DNA from: Octopus bimaculoides | Taxonomy: Eukaryota | Assembly: GCF_001194135.2 (NCBI RefSeq) | Contig: NC_068986.1 | Location: forward strand, 100,273,231-100,337,230 | Reading direction: 5' to 3' | DNA: 64,000 nucleotides | Shown here: positions 14,145-26,589 of the stretch, one piece after another | Position numbering within the stretch: the stretch's first letter is position 1 | Layout: each line of letters begins with the position of its first letter | The notes under the pieces: generated by a model | Databases searched by the model: none | Told to the model about the DNA's origin: nothing | The model's input: only the letters and a program-made list of their open reading frames with translations | Program-made: the position numbers and the translations under genes

Positions 14145-15643
14145 AATGTATGTGTGTGTGTGTGAGTTTATGTGTATGTGCTTGTGTGTGTGTATGTATG
14201 TGAGTGTGTGTATACATATATGTCAACAACTATCTATAGAAATATGCACGTTTTTTTTTTACCATTCATTATTCTCTTGGTACCATATTTTATTTTGTCT
14301 GCGACCTGTTGCATAGTAACTGATGCTTCTTACATTTACTTCAACTTTATTAGAATAATACATACACGTATCTATTGATAACCACTGTGATTTTAATGTC
14401 TTGTATTAATGGGTTTATGTCGGCCTGCTATTGTTTTATAGTCATATATGTTGGTTTATGTTTATCGATACATGATATCCATATAATTGCTGTAACTCAA
14501 GTAAAAGTGCAGACGTAACAAATAAACCAAAACTATCTCGGATTAACTGTCTTGGAACCACATAATACATTTATCCATCTAGCTTGCAGATGTGATGTCA
14601 GCTGAATCTACTGCATAATTCTTCTTCTAGGAGCTAACTTTTAACGTACAATATCCACCAAAAGCAACATAGCTTTTGTACACATTATATATCCTTCTCC
14701 TTTTTACATATAACTAACAAAGGAATATGAATTAATGCTTACGGACATAATAAACCTGAAAGTATGTATATATAAATCAACCCATCCATCCATCCATCCA
14801 TCCATCCACACCATACACACATACATACACAAACATACATTCATATACATATTTTTAAGCAGGAATATTATTGAGAGTGACTTCAAAGTTTCGGTCAGTT
14901 AAGGGAACGACGGATTGCGGCGCATTGAAGATAACCTTGGCACTATACAGTGTCAGTAGGGCTAAAATCTTCCTTGGGAATATATGTTTGAGAAGATTAG
15001 TACTTAGGTTTTAGATTGGGGTTGTTATGGGGGGGGGGCAGTTCGGAGAAATCTTTATTGATTAAATTTGATGCTATGTTATTGTCTAGAATTTATTCAT
15101 GTATGTAGGAATTTGTAGCATGTGTGAATATTTATGCGCGTTCTTTTTCATAGGTACATAGAGAATGTATTAGTAGTTTAGTCCAGTATTGACATAACTG
15201 CCTAATAACCGTAATGGCGCTGCTGTTGTGGCGTGCCGTCCCTGTGCGCTTCCAAACTCCTATGCCTCTTATTTTAGCACGACTCAATTTTCCATGATCA
15301 TACGTCGATTTAACTTTTTTCTGCTCACTCAGCACACACTTCTTTTGAACTCCACGTGCCTCTACTATATACTTCCTATATCATCTATAGCGCTAACAGC
15401 TTTGATGGCTCCACTGTCAATGTAAGCAGTTGCATTACTGAGCTCATGACACGAACTACGCATGTCGTCATCATCTCTTTGTCTCCATTCACATCTCTTC
15501 CAATTATTACACACCATAAATATCTATATAGTGTATCTATCTATGGATATTATCATACAGTATGCTTCTTGCATGCATACACATAGAGAAAGAATTACAG
15601 GTGCACACACACACACACGCATATATGTATGTATGTATATATG

Positions 15644-15689
<46 letters not shown>

Positions 15690-18411
15690 AACACATAGAG
15701 AGATAGGTAGAGAGAAATGGAGAGAGAGAGAGTGAGATAGAAAAATACCCTGCAGCAAGTGGACAGATAGATAGACACACCTGCGTGCACTAACATTAGA
15801 TGACACAAATCGCATTCTTATTCTCATACACACAATTCCACACATATGCGTAAACACGCCTTTCACACTTTCTCAATTCTTTACTCATCTTCCTCATCTC
15901 CCATTTTTTTTGTCTTTTAGATGCGAAGAACTATTTTACACACTTCTGCCTCTCCTTTTCCGTTCTTCATTCATTCATAGTTGCTTCTGCTTTGTCTCTT
16001 TTGCACGCAACCTTTTACCCCATTTACGTTTGTTTTTCTGTTTCCTACGACAAAGCACTACAGTCCGAAACGGTTAATGTCCTTTTGTCTCTTTCTCACA
16101 GTGCAAGTATATACTTTGTATTCTCATACTTTGTTTTTGCTTAGATGTTTTAGATATTCTATTAAACGTCAATAGCTAAAATTAGTAAAAACAAATCTTT
16201 CATTTCACAAAATAATTTGAATCTTGAATGGAATCCTTATAAAAGAAACAATAAAAGAACGCTGATGAAAGACAGTATCCATTGTTCAAAGTGCACAATG
16301 TTAAAGTCATGACCTATATTTAAATAATGGGTGGAAAAATAATGAGGAAATCAAACAATGATACGAATTTTTAAAAAATATTACAACGATGCAGTATTTG
16401 ATATTATTTAGGCTCTATTGTTGGCTACAATAGAGGTATTACTTTCTTTTCGCTATCGACATTAAAGTAATGGATTGTAAGGTCAGTTTTCATTAGCTAG
16501 CTAGAAGATACAATGACGTGAACTCGCGTCATATATGTCAGCACATTTACATTTTTATCCTTGCAGCTATGTTACTTTAGCGTATGCTGCTTATATCCAC
16601 TTATTGAATTATTAATATTCAAGTTACACCGCCATGTTAAAATATATAAATAATAATGCCATCTCAAGAGATATGCTACGATATAAATACATGAAATACA
16701 TGTGTAAATGTACAAACTACTTTGAAAAAAAAAAAAAATGAAAGACATATCCAGCAATGTATCTATATTTATTTGTGTGTTTATCTATTGCGTTTTGTGT
16801 GTTATACTTAATGTGTATATGTTATATTCTAATAACAATAGAAAAAACATCACCTACAAACATTTTTTTTTTTGTTTTACATCATTCGTAAAAAGCCCCT
16901 TTGGGATTTCATATGCGGATATTGCTTTTTTTACGCTTTTTTCATCTGATTTACCTATAATAATTTTACTTCGTTTCCAGATTTTATTTTCGAACATACT
17001 GGAATAAAAAAAAGAAAAACCGAAAAAAATCCCCTAAAAACTACACAACACATTACAATTATATGTTAACTTCTGAAAGTTTTCCCCAAATCTCATATCA
17101 GCAGCATATTACACTTTTCCTCATTATTCTTTTCATTCTGATTCACATTAAATTTGGAAAAGTCACGCATCAAGTCCCATAATGCATTATATCAAATATA
17201 TGAGTAAAAAGTGAAATATCAATTTTGTATATAGTTTCTGCATAGCGATATTCCTGATGCTGGACCCAATCATAATATAGATGTTACAAAAGGCTGCTAT
17301 ACATAGACGATAGTTTGATTAAACGTATCAATTTTCTTAGTGCCGTTTAGAAGCGTCATGAGTTCGAGATTCACCGAACGAAAGCTTACGGTGTTTATTC
17401 CTACATCAATAACACGAATGCCAGTAGTATACGACTTCTCCATATTATTGTACACTTCTTGCTGTTTTTGTTATAAGGTTTCAACATAAATCCTTTTTCA
17501 TATTATTTACACTTCATCGAAGAACGCAAATAGCTATTTCCGTGTTTAAAATGTTTGTACTATACAACATCAGCGCACATATATCTCCCGTCTTAATACA
17601 CAGTGCATCTGTTCGTTGTACTCACGACCTCATGAAAACCTAATTTAACTTCAATTGAAATACTCCTACATTGCCGAATAGAGATCGTATCCTCAGTTCA
17701 TGAGTCAAGCCATATATTTATGATAGAGGCAAATGTTTCTAAATCTTATTGGCGTCAATCGATTCGAAGTACTATTATCAACCCTGGTAGAAGTAGCTGT
17801 TCATAGTTCCTTAAATCATATTTAACCATATGTGAGAAGATGGCTCACTAAACATTGAAATATTTGCTGTGACGCGTATATAGGCGGGTTTTGAAATGAA
17901 TTTGAACCATATGTCTTGTCAAGCAGAGAAATGATTTATGGCAACAAACAAAAAACGAAAACGTTCATTGGTCAACGCGGTTAGTTTTCTCTATTGCGCA
18001 TCAAATGTTTTACGCTGTTGAATTTGTCATTTCGTTAGAATTCAAGTGTATTGATCAGGGCGTATTTGAGGAACAGTACTGAACTCTTGTCTTTTCAATA
18101 TTTTGGCCGGTGTTCTCACCACTTCAGCCACTACCGAACTGTGAGTATGAATATTGATGATGTCCATAACCATTCCTAATGCATTATATTCGTTCAAAAG
18201 CAAAGTTTCTTAGCTGCAACCCAGCCGGTCTTGCAATCATTTTTACCTGATATTATTGCTGATGTTCACTGTCACACACTCATATATATAAATATAAACA
18301 TATATGACTTATATGTTTCGGTATACATGAATAATTCACTGTAAAAGAAGTTATACTTGAGTATATGATATTGTATATGTATTATATTATATTATTATAA
18401 TTTGGAATACG

Positions 18412-18628
18412 TAGGCAGCGAGCTGGCAGCAACGTTAGCACGCAGGCCGAAATGCTTTGCGGTGTTTCGTCTGTCTTTACGTTCTGAGTTCAAATTCCGA
18501 CGAGGTCGACTTTGCCTTTCATCCTTTCATGGTCGATAAATTAATTACAAGTTACGTACTGGGGTCGATCTAATCGACTACCCCCCTCCCCCAAAATTTC
18601 GGGCCTTGTACCTAGAGTAGAAAAGATT
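18412..18628 (+). mobile_element. Family-A SINE, full length
   Basis: GGCAGCGAGCTGGCAG head, GAGTTCAAATTCC B box, central domain and tail. Confidence 0.9.
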
Positions 18629-19885
18629 AAAATTTGAAATATATTTTAGGCTTTGCTTTAATAAACCATCAATAGTACGATAATAAATGACGACTAGCTT
18701 CGGATCCACATGATTTTGATTATCTCTTATCGCTACCCTTGTATATACTGTTGCCGAATGAGATAGACACTGGTGAACATAATAGCTTAAGTCAATGTAT
18801 TAGCTGAATCGTCGCTTTTGACAGAAAATAGATATTAAATTGTCAGTTAGACACTTTCCCATCTAGTTCGTATTTTAATTAACTATTGGACATTTATGTA
18901 ATTCGATAAGGTCACTATCCTTTATACAACACGGTTAAGATATTACTATTACTTTACATCTCTTGTAGATGAAACCATGTTGCCAAGAGACAATGTTTTT
19001 ATTAAATTTTCTGAAGAATTTTTCTTCTAGATCAATGCTAAATCTACAATTTTTGTATGTGTCACGAGAGGAACAAAACTATATTTAACACAAATGACAC
19101 ATGCATAATTTAAAATATCCGTGCGTGTGTTGTTGCTGCAAGAGATATATTCAAAATTATTTCTTAACTTGTGCGAAATAATTTTTCTTTAGAATTCGTT
19201 ACTTTATTCCTTTGTCCATTGTGGTGCGAAAAATATTTTTGTGCTGTATTTTTTATCTGCTTGTTGTAATATTTTGCCTTTTAAGGCCGGTGTAGCTCTC
19301 AACCACTTTGAATATGAATTGTAGTAAAAAAAATGTGTACAAAATTAAAGCCTGTAGAAGGTCGTTTTTGTCTACGTTCATTTATCACTGTGTGTCTGCC
19401 GCTAGTTTGCATCATTAAAAAAAAATAACTTCAGAATTTATTTTACATGTTTTATAACATCATCAGTCAGAGAAAAAAATATGGTGTTACAATTAAAAGT
19501 GTTGTGCCAGTTTATATAATGAAATTTGATTGTGACTAGAAGCCGTGAAGATTAAAATACAACATTTTAGTTTATTAGAGCCAAACCATTCATTAAAAAC
19601 ATAGTAATGTCCTTCTCAGCTTGGATATTCAACGAGCGGTTGTTGCTTCGTATAGATAGACCTATACATATTTTCATGGAAAATGTTTGTATTACTATTA
19701 CTAACAACAAATATGCCACATTCTTTCTCGTGATGCATAGTATCACAACTCCAACACTTCTGAACATATCTCAATTTGTTAAATCTAGCAACTAGTGACA
19801 TGTAGAAAACGGTCAACTCCCAGATCACCACAACTTCACATTTAGATATATATTTATTGCCTATGTACTATATACAAAACTCTCT

Positions 19886-20338
19886 ATATATTCTTTTCAA
19901 CTCTAGACACAAGGTCCAAAAATTTTGGGAACGAGGCCAGTCCGTTAGATCGTCTTCAGTACGCAACTGGTATTTAATTTATCGACTCCAAAAGGATGAA
20001 AGGCAAAGTCGACTTCGGCGGAATTTGAACTCAGAACGCAAGTACAGACGAAATACCGCTAAGCATTTCGCCCGGCATGCAAACGATTCTGCATGCCTGC
20101 CGCCTTATAGGTCTGTCTATATATATTTTTTCTACTCTAGGCACAAGGACCGAACTTTTGGGGAAGGGGGTTCAGTTGATTAGATCGACCCCAGTACAGA
20201 CTGGTTCTGATTTTATCGACCCCAAAAAGATGAAAGGCAAAGTCGATCTCGGCGGAATTTGAGCTCAGAACGTAATAACAGACTTAATACAGCTAAGCGT
20301 TTCGCCTAGTGTGCTAACGTTTCTGTCAGCTCGCCGCC
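19886..20338 (-). mobile_element. Two tandem family-A SINEs
   Basis: Two complete reverse-complement copies (19886-20105, 20124-20338) with similar head-side flanks. Confidence 0.85.
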
Positions 20339-20449
20339 CTATATGTCTATCTATGTTAAGCAAGCATTATCGCTGCTCATTAAATTTACATCTGAGCCGA
20401 GAAGGACATTACTAACTGAAGTGAAAATAAACATGATGCCATAATTCAT

Positions 20450-22950
20450 GTTAAAACCATAAACGTAGGAGACACCTGGATTTTATTATGATCTGCACCA
20501 ATATGTCTTGGTAAAATGCTAGGAATAAAACCTAAAGTAATGAATGAGAACAAATATCCATGGCAGAAAACACGGACGGAAGCTGATACAGAGATATATA
20601 GAAAAAGCTCGATAAGAATAAATGATGAAACAAAAGTAATGCATAATGAAATAACATACGACAAACGACAGATCTTACCTTGTTCCGACGGACAACATCT
20701 TCGAGAAAGGGCGTACATTAGTAATAAATCAAACCAAGAAAGCAATATGTACAAAATCAACACGAATAAATCTTTACTCTGAGAAGTTCCACTATTTCAA
20801 TATAACAAACTCGGTGGAGAAGGTTAGACACAAATTTTTCGTGATGTTCCAGGTTTTCAGAGGAAACATTTCAAGTAAATTCGGAGCAGTGAATAGAGTT
20901 TTTAACATGAACATAAGGCGTGACGAAAACTCGAATTGAAGAGTAAAAAGAAAAACGGACCAACCTTTTCTATCTAGGGAGTCAGATTTCGGCAAGTATA
21001 AGCTACGAAATTTGGAAATCACCAGAAGCAGATGAGATCTATGGCTTTTGGAAAGATCTCACATAAACTCCTTACATGTCAACAACAGGAATTCATTGAA
21101 ATGAATGTGTAACACCATAATATGTACCGGACTGGATATCTGAGGGAAAGACATCTTTGATAATGAAAAATTCAATGAATAGAAATTCAATAGGAAATTA
21201 TCGAGGAATCAACTACATGGATTATTTATAAAAGCTATATAAAGGAGTAGTTTATTCCGAAGAAATAATACAATCATTTGATACACAACGAATTATTTAT
21301 TGAAGAGAAGGGATGTAGCAAACATTCAAAGGACACTACATATGTAATGGGAGAACTTCAAGAGGTTACAGATTATGCATGGCATGGATCCACTCCAAAA
21401 ACAAAAAAAAATATATTGTTAGGCATAACTGAAAACCGTGTCAACATAACTCTTTTCTAATACGACCTACTGGAAAACGAACATTGTAGTCAATACCAAA
21501 ACACTGGGGAGTGTTTTTGTTAAACTAATTTGGTCTCAGGGTTAGTTTTTCTCTCTCTCGTCATTTCTTATCGCGTTTAAACCTTTCTCAATGACATTTA
21601 GAATATTCAATATAGCATACGAACGAGGAAGAAATGCGCATTCTCGTAATCGTCTCTTTTTCATGAATGACGGAAAGATATTTCCAAAGTAGGGAAATGA
21701 AGACTAATTCACTTGTTAATAGAGCAAAGGTGAACTGCAGTGATATTAGAATGGCATTTGTTATATCATATTATGCAACATTAGACTTGGAGAGACAGTA
21801 GGGAAAGAGAATACCTATTTTCATGGAAGCAAATTATAGGAAGGTCGAATTTTGGCGCCCGATGACAATGGATGCAATTATCTAAGGAATACTGCAACTC
21901 GATGATATGAAATGAACAAAGAGACAAAATAATATGTTTGAAAAGATTAAAGCTTCTCCAGGTAAACATGTCCCAATACTACTTGCGGTCTCCACTAACT
22001 CTTATAACATATTCGTATCTAAAACAACTCCCTATATTCTTTTCACTTTACCAGATAAAGGTGACCAGAACACTTACTACAGCCTCCTTCATGTTGGGAG
22101 AAGAACCAAAATCTCAAGCAACAAGGTCTAGACCGTAGGGAGAACTAAGGATAGATTTGCTACCCATCCCTGTCAAATAGTTAGATACCAGGGAGGAATT
22201 ATAGCCTGGCACACTGTTTTGGTGCAAGTGCGCTGGACTTGCACCAGAACCACACACATCAGTGGCTACGGAGCTTAAGGCTAAAGGCAGAGAGTGAAGG
22301 CTTTATCTTGGCTGCTGAAGATCAGGGCTTATTGATGAAAAATGGTGTAGACCCAAATTGTCGATACTGCAACGATGGGATTGAAACAGTGAACCGCTTA
22401 AGCTCTGGATGTGAGATTTTAGTGCATGTACAGTACAAATCAAGACATGACAGAATTTAGCCAAAATTTATATTGGATAATAAGCCGGCATGATATAATC
22501 AAAACTACTGGCAAATTGTACAAACACCACCCTGGTTGTATCTGAGGGAAAAATATAACGATTCGTTGGGACTTTTCAGTATGTACTGACCGGACCATCA
22601 AAGCAAATAAACCAGATATTGTTGTGAATGACCAAAGCAATAAAGTTTGTTTATTGATTGATATGCGCAAGCACTATGACGATGATATCTCGGAAAACGA
22701 ATTTGATAAATTCAGAAAATAGAAAGATTTGCTAATCGAAATTCAAAAGACGGGAAGACATCACAATAGCAGACCTAGCGTTGATACTTACGAAGGTTCA
22801 TAAGTAGGAATCCCCTGTTAATTATATTGAGCCAGATCTCTGGCTCGCATTGCTCCCGTGCTCTCAGAAAAATTTAGTCCGTTTATTCAAAGAAATTATG
22901 AGAGATCCTACGAAAAATCCTGATTTGTCAGCAAGAGGTATCTCCGCCCT
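20450..22950 (+). mobile_element. Highly degenerate R4/Dong LINE (RT, CCHC, RLE endonuclease)
   Basis: Scattered motifs: NWKSPEADEIYGFW, GKTSLIMK..NYRGI, EEKGCSKHSKDT, HQWLRSLRLKAESEGFILAAEDQ..CRYC..ETVNRLSSGC, WDFSVCTDRTIKANKPDIVV..CLLIDM. Confidence 0.85.
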
Positions 22951-22989
22951 AGGTGTCAGCAACATACTCGGAAAAAATGGAAGCAGAAT

Positions 22990-22998
22990 TAAAAGAAG

Positions 22999-23067
<69 letters not shown>
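22990..23067. repeat. (TAA)n microsatellite
   Basis: Direct sequence. Confidence 0.95.
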
Positions 23068-23076
<9 letters not shown>

Positions 23077-23290
23077 TATTCAGACAAATACATAACAAAA
23101 ATACCAGGACTTACAAATATATATAACATACAGAAAATTGCACTACTGGGTACTGCACACATTCTACGCAAAACACTTTCAATACAGTAAACATAAGAGC
23201 ACCACAGCAAACCACAGCACATACCCAAGGCGCACAGAGCTGCGCTCGGTAGTGAAGTGAAAGCACGTTATAAAAATAAAAATAAAAAAT
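23068..23290 (+). mobile_element. 5'-truncated R4/Dong 3' end in a (TAA)n tract
   Basis: Encodes KYITKIPGLTNIYNIQKIALLGTAHILRKTLSIQ* plus 3' UTR; near-identical to 41940-42060 (minus). Confidence 0.85.
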
Positions 23291-23304
23291 AATAATAATA
23301 ATAA

Positions 23305-23500
23305 AAGAAATTTCTAAATGGGCCCCTCCTGCACGGCCATGCACTGTTTATTTTAATATGAGATCACCATTTCACGCACATTAGGTTGTAATGCATGTAC
23401 CTGATGTACCCTTCTCAGGCGGGTAGATATGAATATGTATATTGAGTTTCGTATATTTGTTCCCCGAGTAACTTTGAGGACATGAACTGCTCTCTCACCC
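23305..23500. mobile_element. About 200-bp interspersed element flanked by (AAT)n, possibly another LINE 3' UTR
   Basis: Complex sequence with (AAT)n on both sides; family not established. Confidence 0.45.
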
Positions 23501-23519
23501 AATAATAATAATCGCAACA

Positions 23520-23563
<44 letters not shown>

Positions 23564-24639
23564 ATGATCATGATGATGAACAGGATAATGACGTTGATGA
23601 TAAAAATAATAATATTCAAATACAAAATGAATAAAAATGTACCACAAGCAAATAGTGAAACATCGTTATTATTCTCTCCAGCAACCGGTAACAAGCGACA
23701 GTAAATGAGATTGAATATAAAATTGAATGTAAAATCGCTATCGTTCACAGCCTTACATAAAGAAGCTAAACACATGAGGCGAATATGATTTAACTGTCAG
23801 TAGTATACAGCGGCACATCTAGACATATAATATGACATAATTCATATATTGAAAAACTATAGAATCTGTTACGCACTAACCAGTTCGTTTTCGTCAATGT
23901 AATATCCATATTATATTTATCTGCTCTGACAGCGTTCTGTATATATTTTCCTTCATCTGTCAAAATGATATTTCAACATTTAAATATTAATATACATACA
24001 TATATATTATTAACAACACCTTGGTGAACACCAGTATATGTATGTATGTACGTATGTATGTATGTATGTAAAAAAAATATGTGTGAAAGTATATAAACGT
24101 ACATGTGTGTGTGTGTATTATGTATGTAGCTATGTGTATACATACTTACATATAGACGAATAAGCACGTGCGCATAAACAAACACATTCACCCATACACA
24201 GGCGTATGTATCTGCGCATACATACATACATCAATATAAATCTGACAGACTCCAAGATTACCGAGAAAATATTAGGAAGAAAGAGTTTATATGCATATAT
24301 ATATATATACGTACACACACACATAAATACGTATATACATATACGTATATATGTCTATGTATCTATATATACGTATCTATATATCATTAGTAATACATAC
24401 ACATACACATGTGAGTGCCCTTATTTCACTGTGTGCATATGTGAGCNNNNNNNNNNNNNNNNNNNNNNNNNNNNNNNNNNNNAGATAGGTGATAGATAAG
24501 TAGCTTGCTAGACAGTTATAGACAGATTGATTGCTGGAGAAATACATACATTATATATTCTACTTATATCTTCTTTTACGTGGAATTAGTTGGCACATGA
24601 CAGGTTAAATTATATTACGTTCACAGAAATGATTTGTGG

Positions 24640-24669
24640 AAGAAGAAGGAGAAGAAGAAGAAGAAGAAG

Positions 24670-24753
<84 letters not shown>

Positions 24754-24960
24754 AAGAAGACGAAGAAGAAGAAGAAGAAGAAGAAGAAGATGATGATGAT
24801 GATGATGATGATGGTGGTGATGAAGAAAAATATGATTTAAAAAAGAAGGAAAAAATAGAAGTAGAAGAATAAAGAAGAAAAAGAAGAAGAAGAAGAAAAA
24901 GAAGAAGAAGAAGAAGAAGAAGAAGAAGAAGAAGAAGAAGAAGAAGAAGAAGAAGAAGAA
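24640..24960. repeat. Compound microsatellite (GAA)n(GTA)n(GAA)n(GAT)n(GAA)n
   Basis: Direct sequence. Confidence 0.95.
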
Positions 24961-26149
24961 ATAAAATCACACAGTAATTGAACTATTTTTATTGATAGAT
25001 GTCAGTTAGAAAAAAAAAATTATTTTGACTCAATCGTATCGCTGTTCGTGCGTTTTTACATTATCGTTCACAGCTTTTAGGACGCGGTGGTGTAATTTTA
25101 TTGACATAACCGTCGGTGAATATGTTCCCCTCTGGTTATGGTCATGTAATTATCTCACAAATAACATTCTAATTGTAAAGAAATATAATGATTCGTTATC
25201 GTACTTGAAATTCTAAGGTGTTATTCACCCACGAAATTTAAATGAGAGAGCAAAACCATCTCCGATAATGATTCACCATCGATATAATAATTGAGTCCTC
25301 TATATTTCTTCTGGAAAACATAATGAGTGGGCCTGCTTCAAATATCGGATTACATCCCTTATCACCGCATATAAAATTATTATCTTTACAGAGAATCTTA
25401 TTATTAAATGTAATTCACACACAAGATTGTTTTAATATGAGATTGGACAATTGAATGATGATATTGAAACCACTTCATCGTACTATTTTGTTAAGAGCAG
25501 CTGCAGGTGATAAAGTGTCAGACAACTGAACAAAGCATCACCTGTCCATGTCATTACACAGGCAGTGCGATATGTTTTCTTAAATTCAACTTGATCACAA
25601 TTTATCTGCAGAATTTTTTTTTTTTAATATTATCAGACCTCTTTTTATATCGCTGTTACATTCAGATGATGCTAGTATAACACGCACATGCACAGTTTCA
25701 TTAAGAATGCATGCGCTCACTTTACTGTTAAGTTTTCATAGAGAAGACATGCGTAAACGTAAATGAAAATCTTTTCCGTCATAGAAATCACTTACAGTGG
25801 ATTATTATAGAACTGAAGATGCGGTTTTAAATGCAACTTCTGCGTATTCGAAATAGTTGCAAATTTCGCCAAACATCCTACGTCCAAAAGCAGAGTAAGA
25901 GTAATTTTCCTGGAGTCTACATGCAAAAGTGTTTATAATGGCATCTTTTAAACACTTCGCTCTTTCGGAATTATTCTGGTCGCAGATTTGCTAATGCTGG
26001 AAACCGCTGACTATATTATCAACTGGATCAGAGCAAACTTTTTAAATTCTGGTCTGTTTGTTACTTCGTTCTCGTTTATCGCTTTTACCTCTTTTAAGTT
26101 TTTGTAACCTATCTTCACTTCTCACTCTACTTAGCAGTGCTGCAATTAA

Positions 26150-26585
26150 AAAATATGGCGCTGCAAAATAGATCGCCATCGGTGCTCAAGCAGTCACAGT
26201 TGTTTCTTTTTTCTTCTTTCACATTGATCCTGTTGTCATTGGGCTATGCTGTTTCGATTATCATAAGTGTTCTTTCTTTTTTATTCACCACAACAATGTC
26301 TGGTTTACAATGTTTGGTCAGGTGATCGCACTGGATCATTCCATCCCACAGGATTTTGCACTTCTCATTTTCGGTGAATCCTTCTGGAGTTTTCTCATAC
26401 CACTTCCTTCCGCTTTGTAGGCCGTGATTCCACCCAGCTCCCAATGGCTCATTCTTGCCGTATTGTCATAGCATCTTTTGTATTCGCGTTGTGCCAATTT
26501 CGAGTATTCGTTAACGATGTGCCATTCCGTTTTGCCCTCTCACCTCACACACTACATTCGTCGCTATTGGTAATGTTGTCTATTC
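26150..26585 (-). mobile_element. R4/Dong fragment: CCHC and RLE region
   Basis: YRIDNITNSDECSV*GE..HIVNE, KLAQREYKR, KILWDGMIQCDHLTKHCKPDIVVVNKKERTLMIIETA. Confidence 0.85.
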
Positions 26586-26589
26586 TATA

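Noticed and set aside
15132-15335. 67-aa minus ORF with non-repetitive composition
   Set aside because: No recognisable motif or convincing splice sites.
17330-18250. Possible mariner relic on the minus strand
   Set aside because: Resemblance to DDD motifs was too weak to support.
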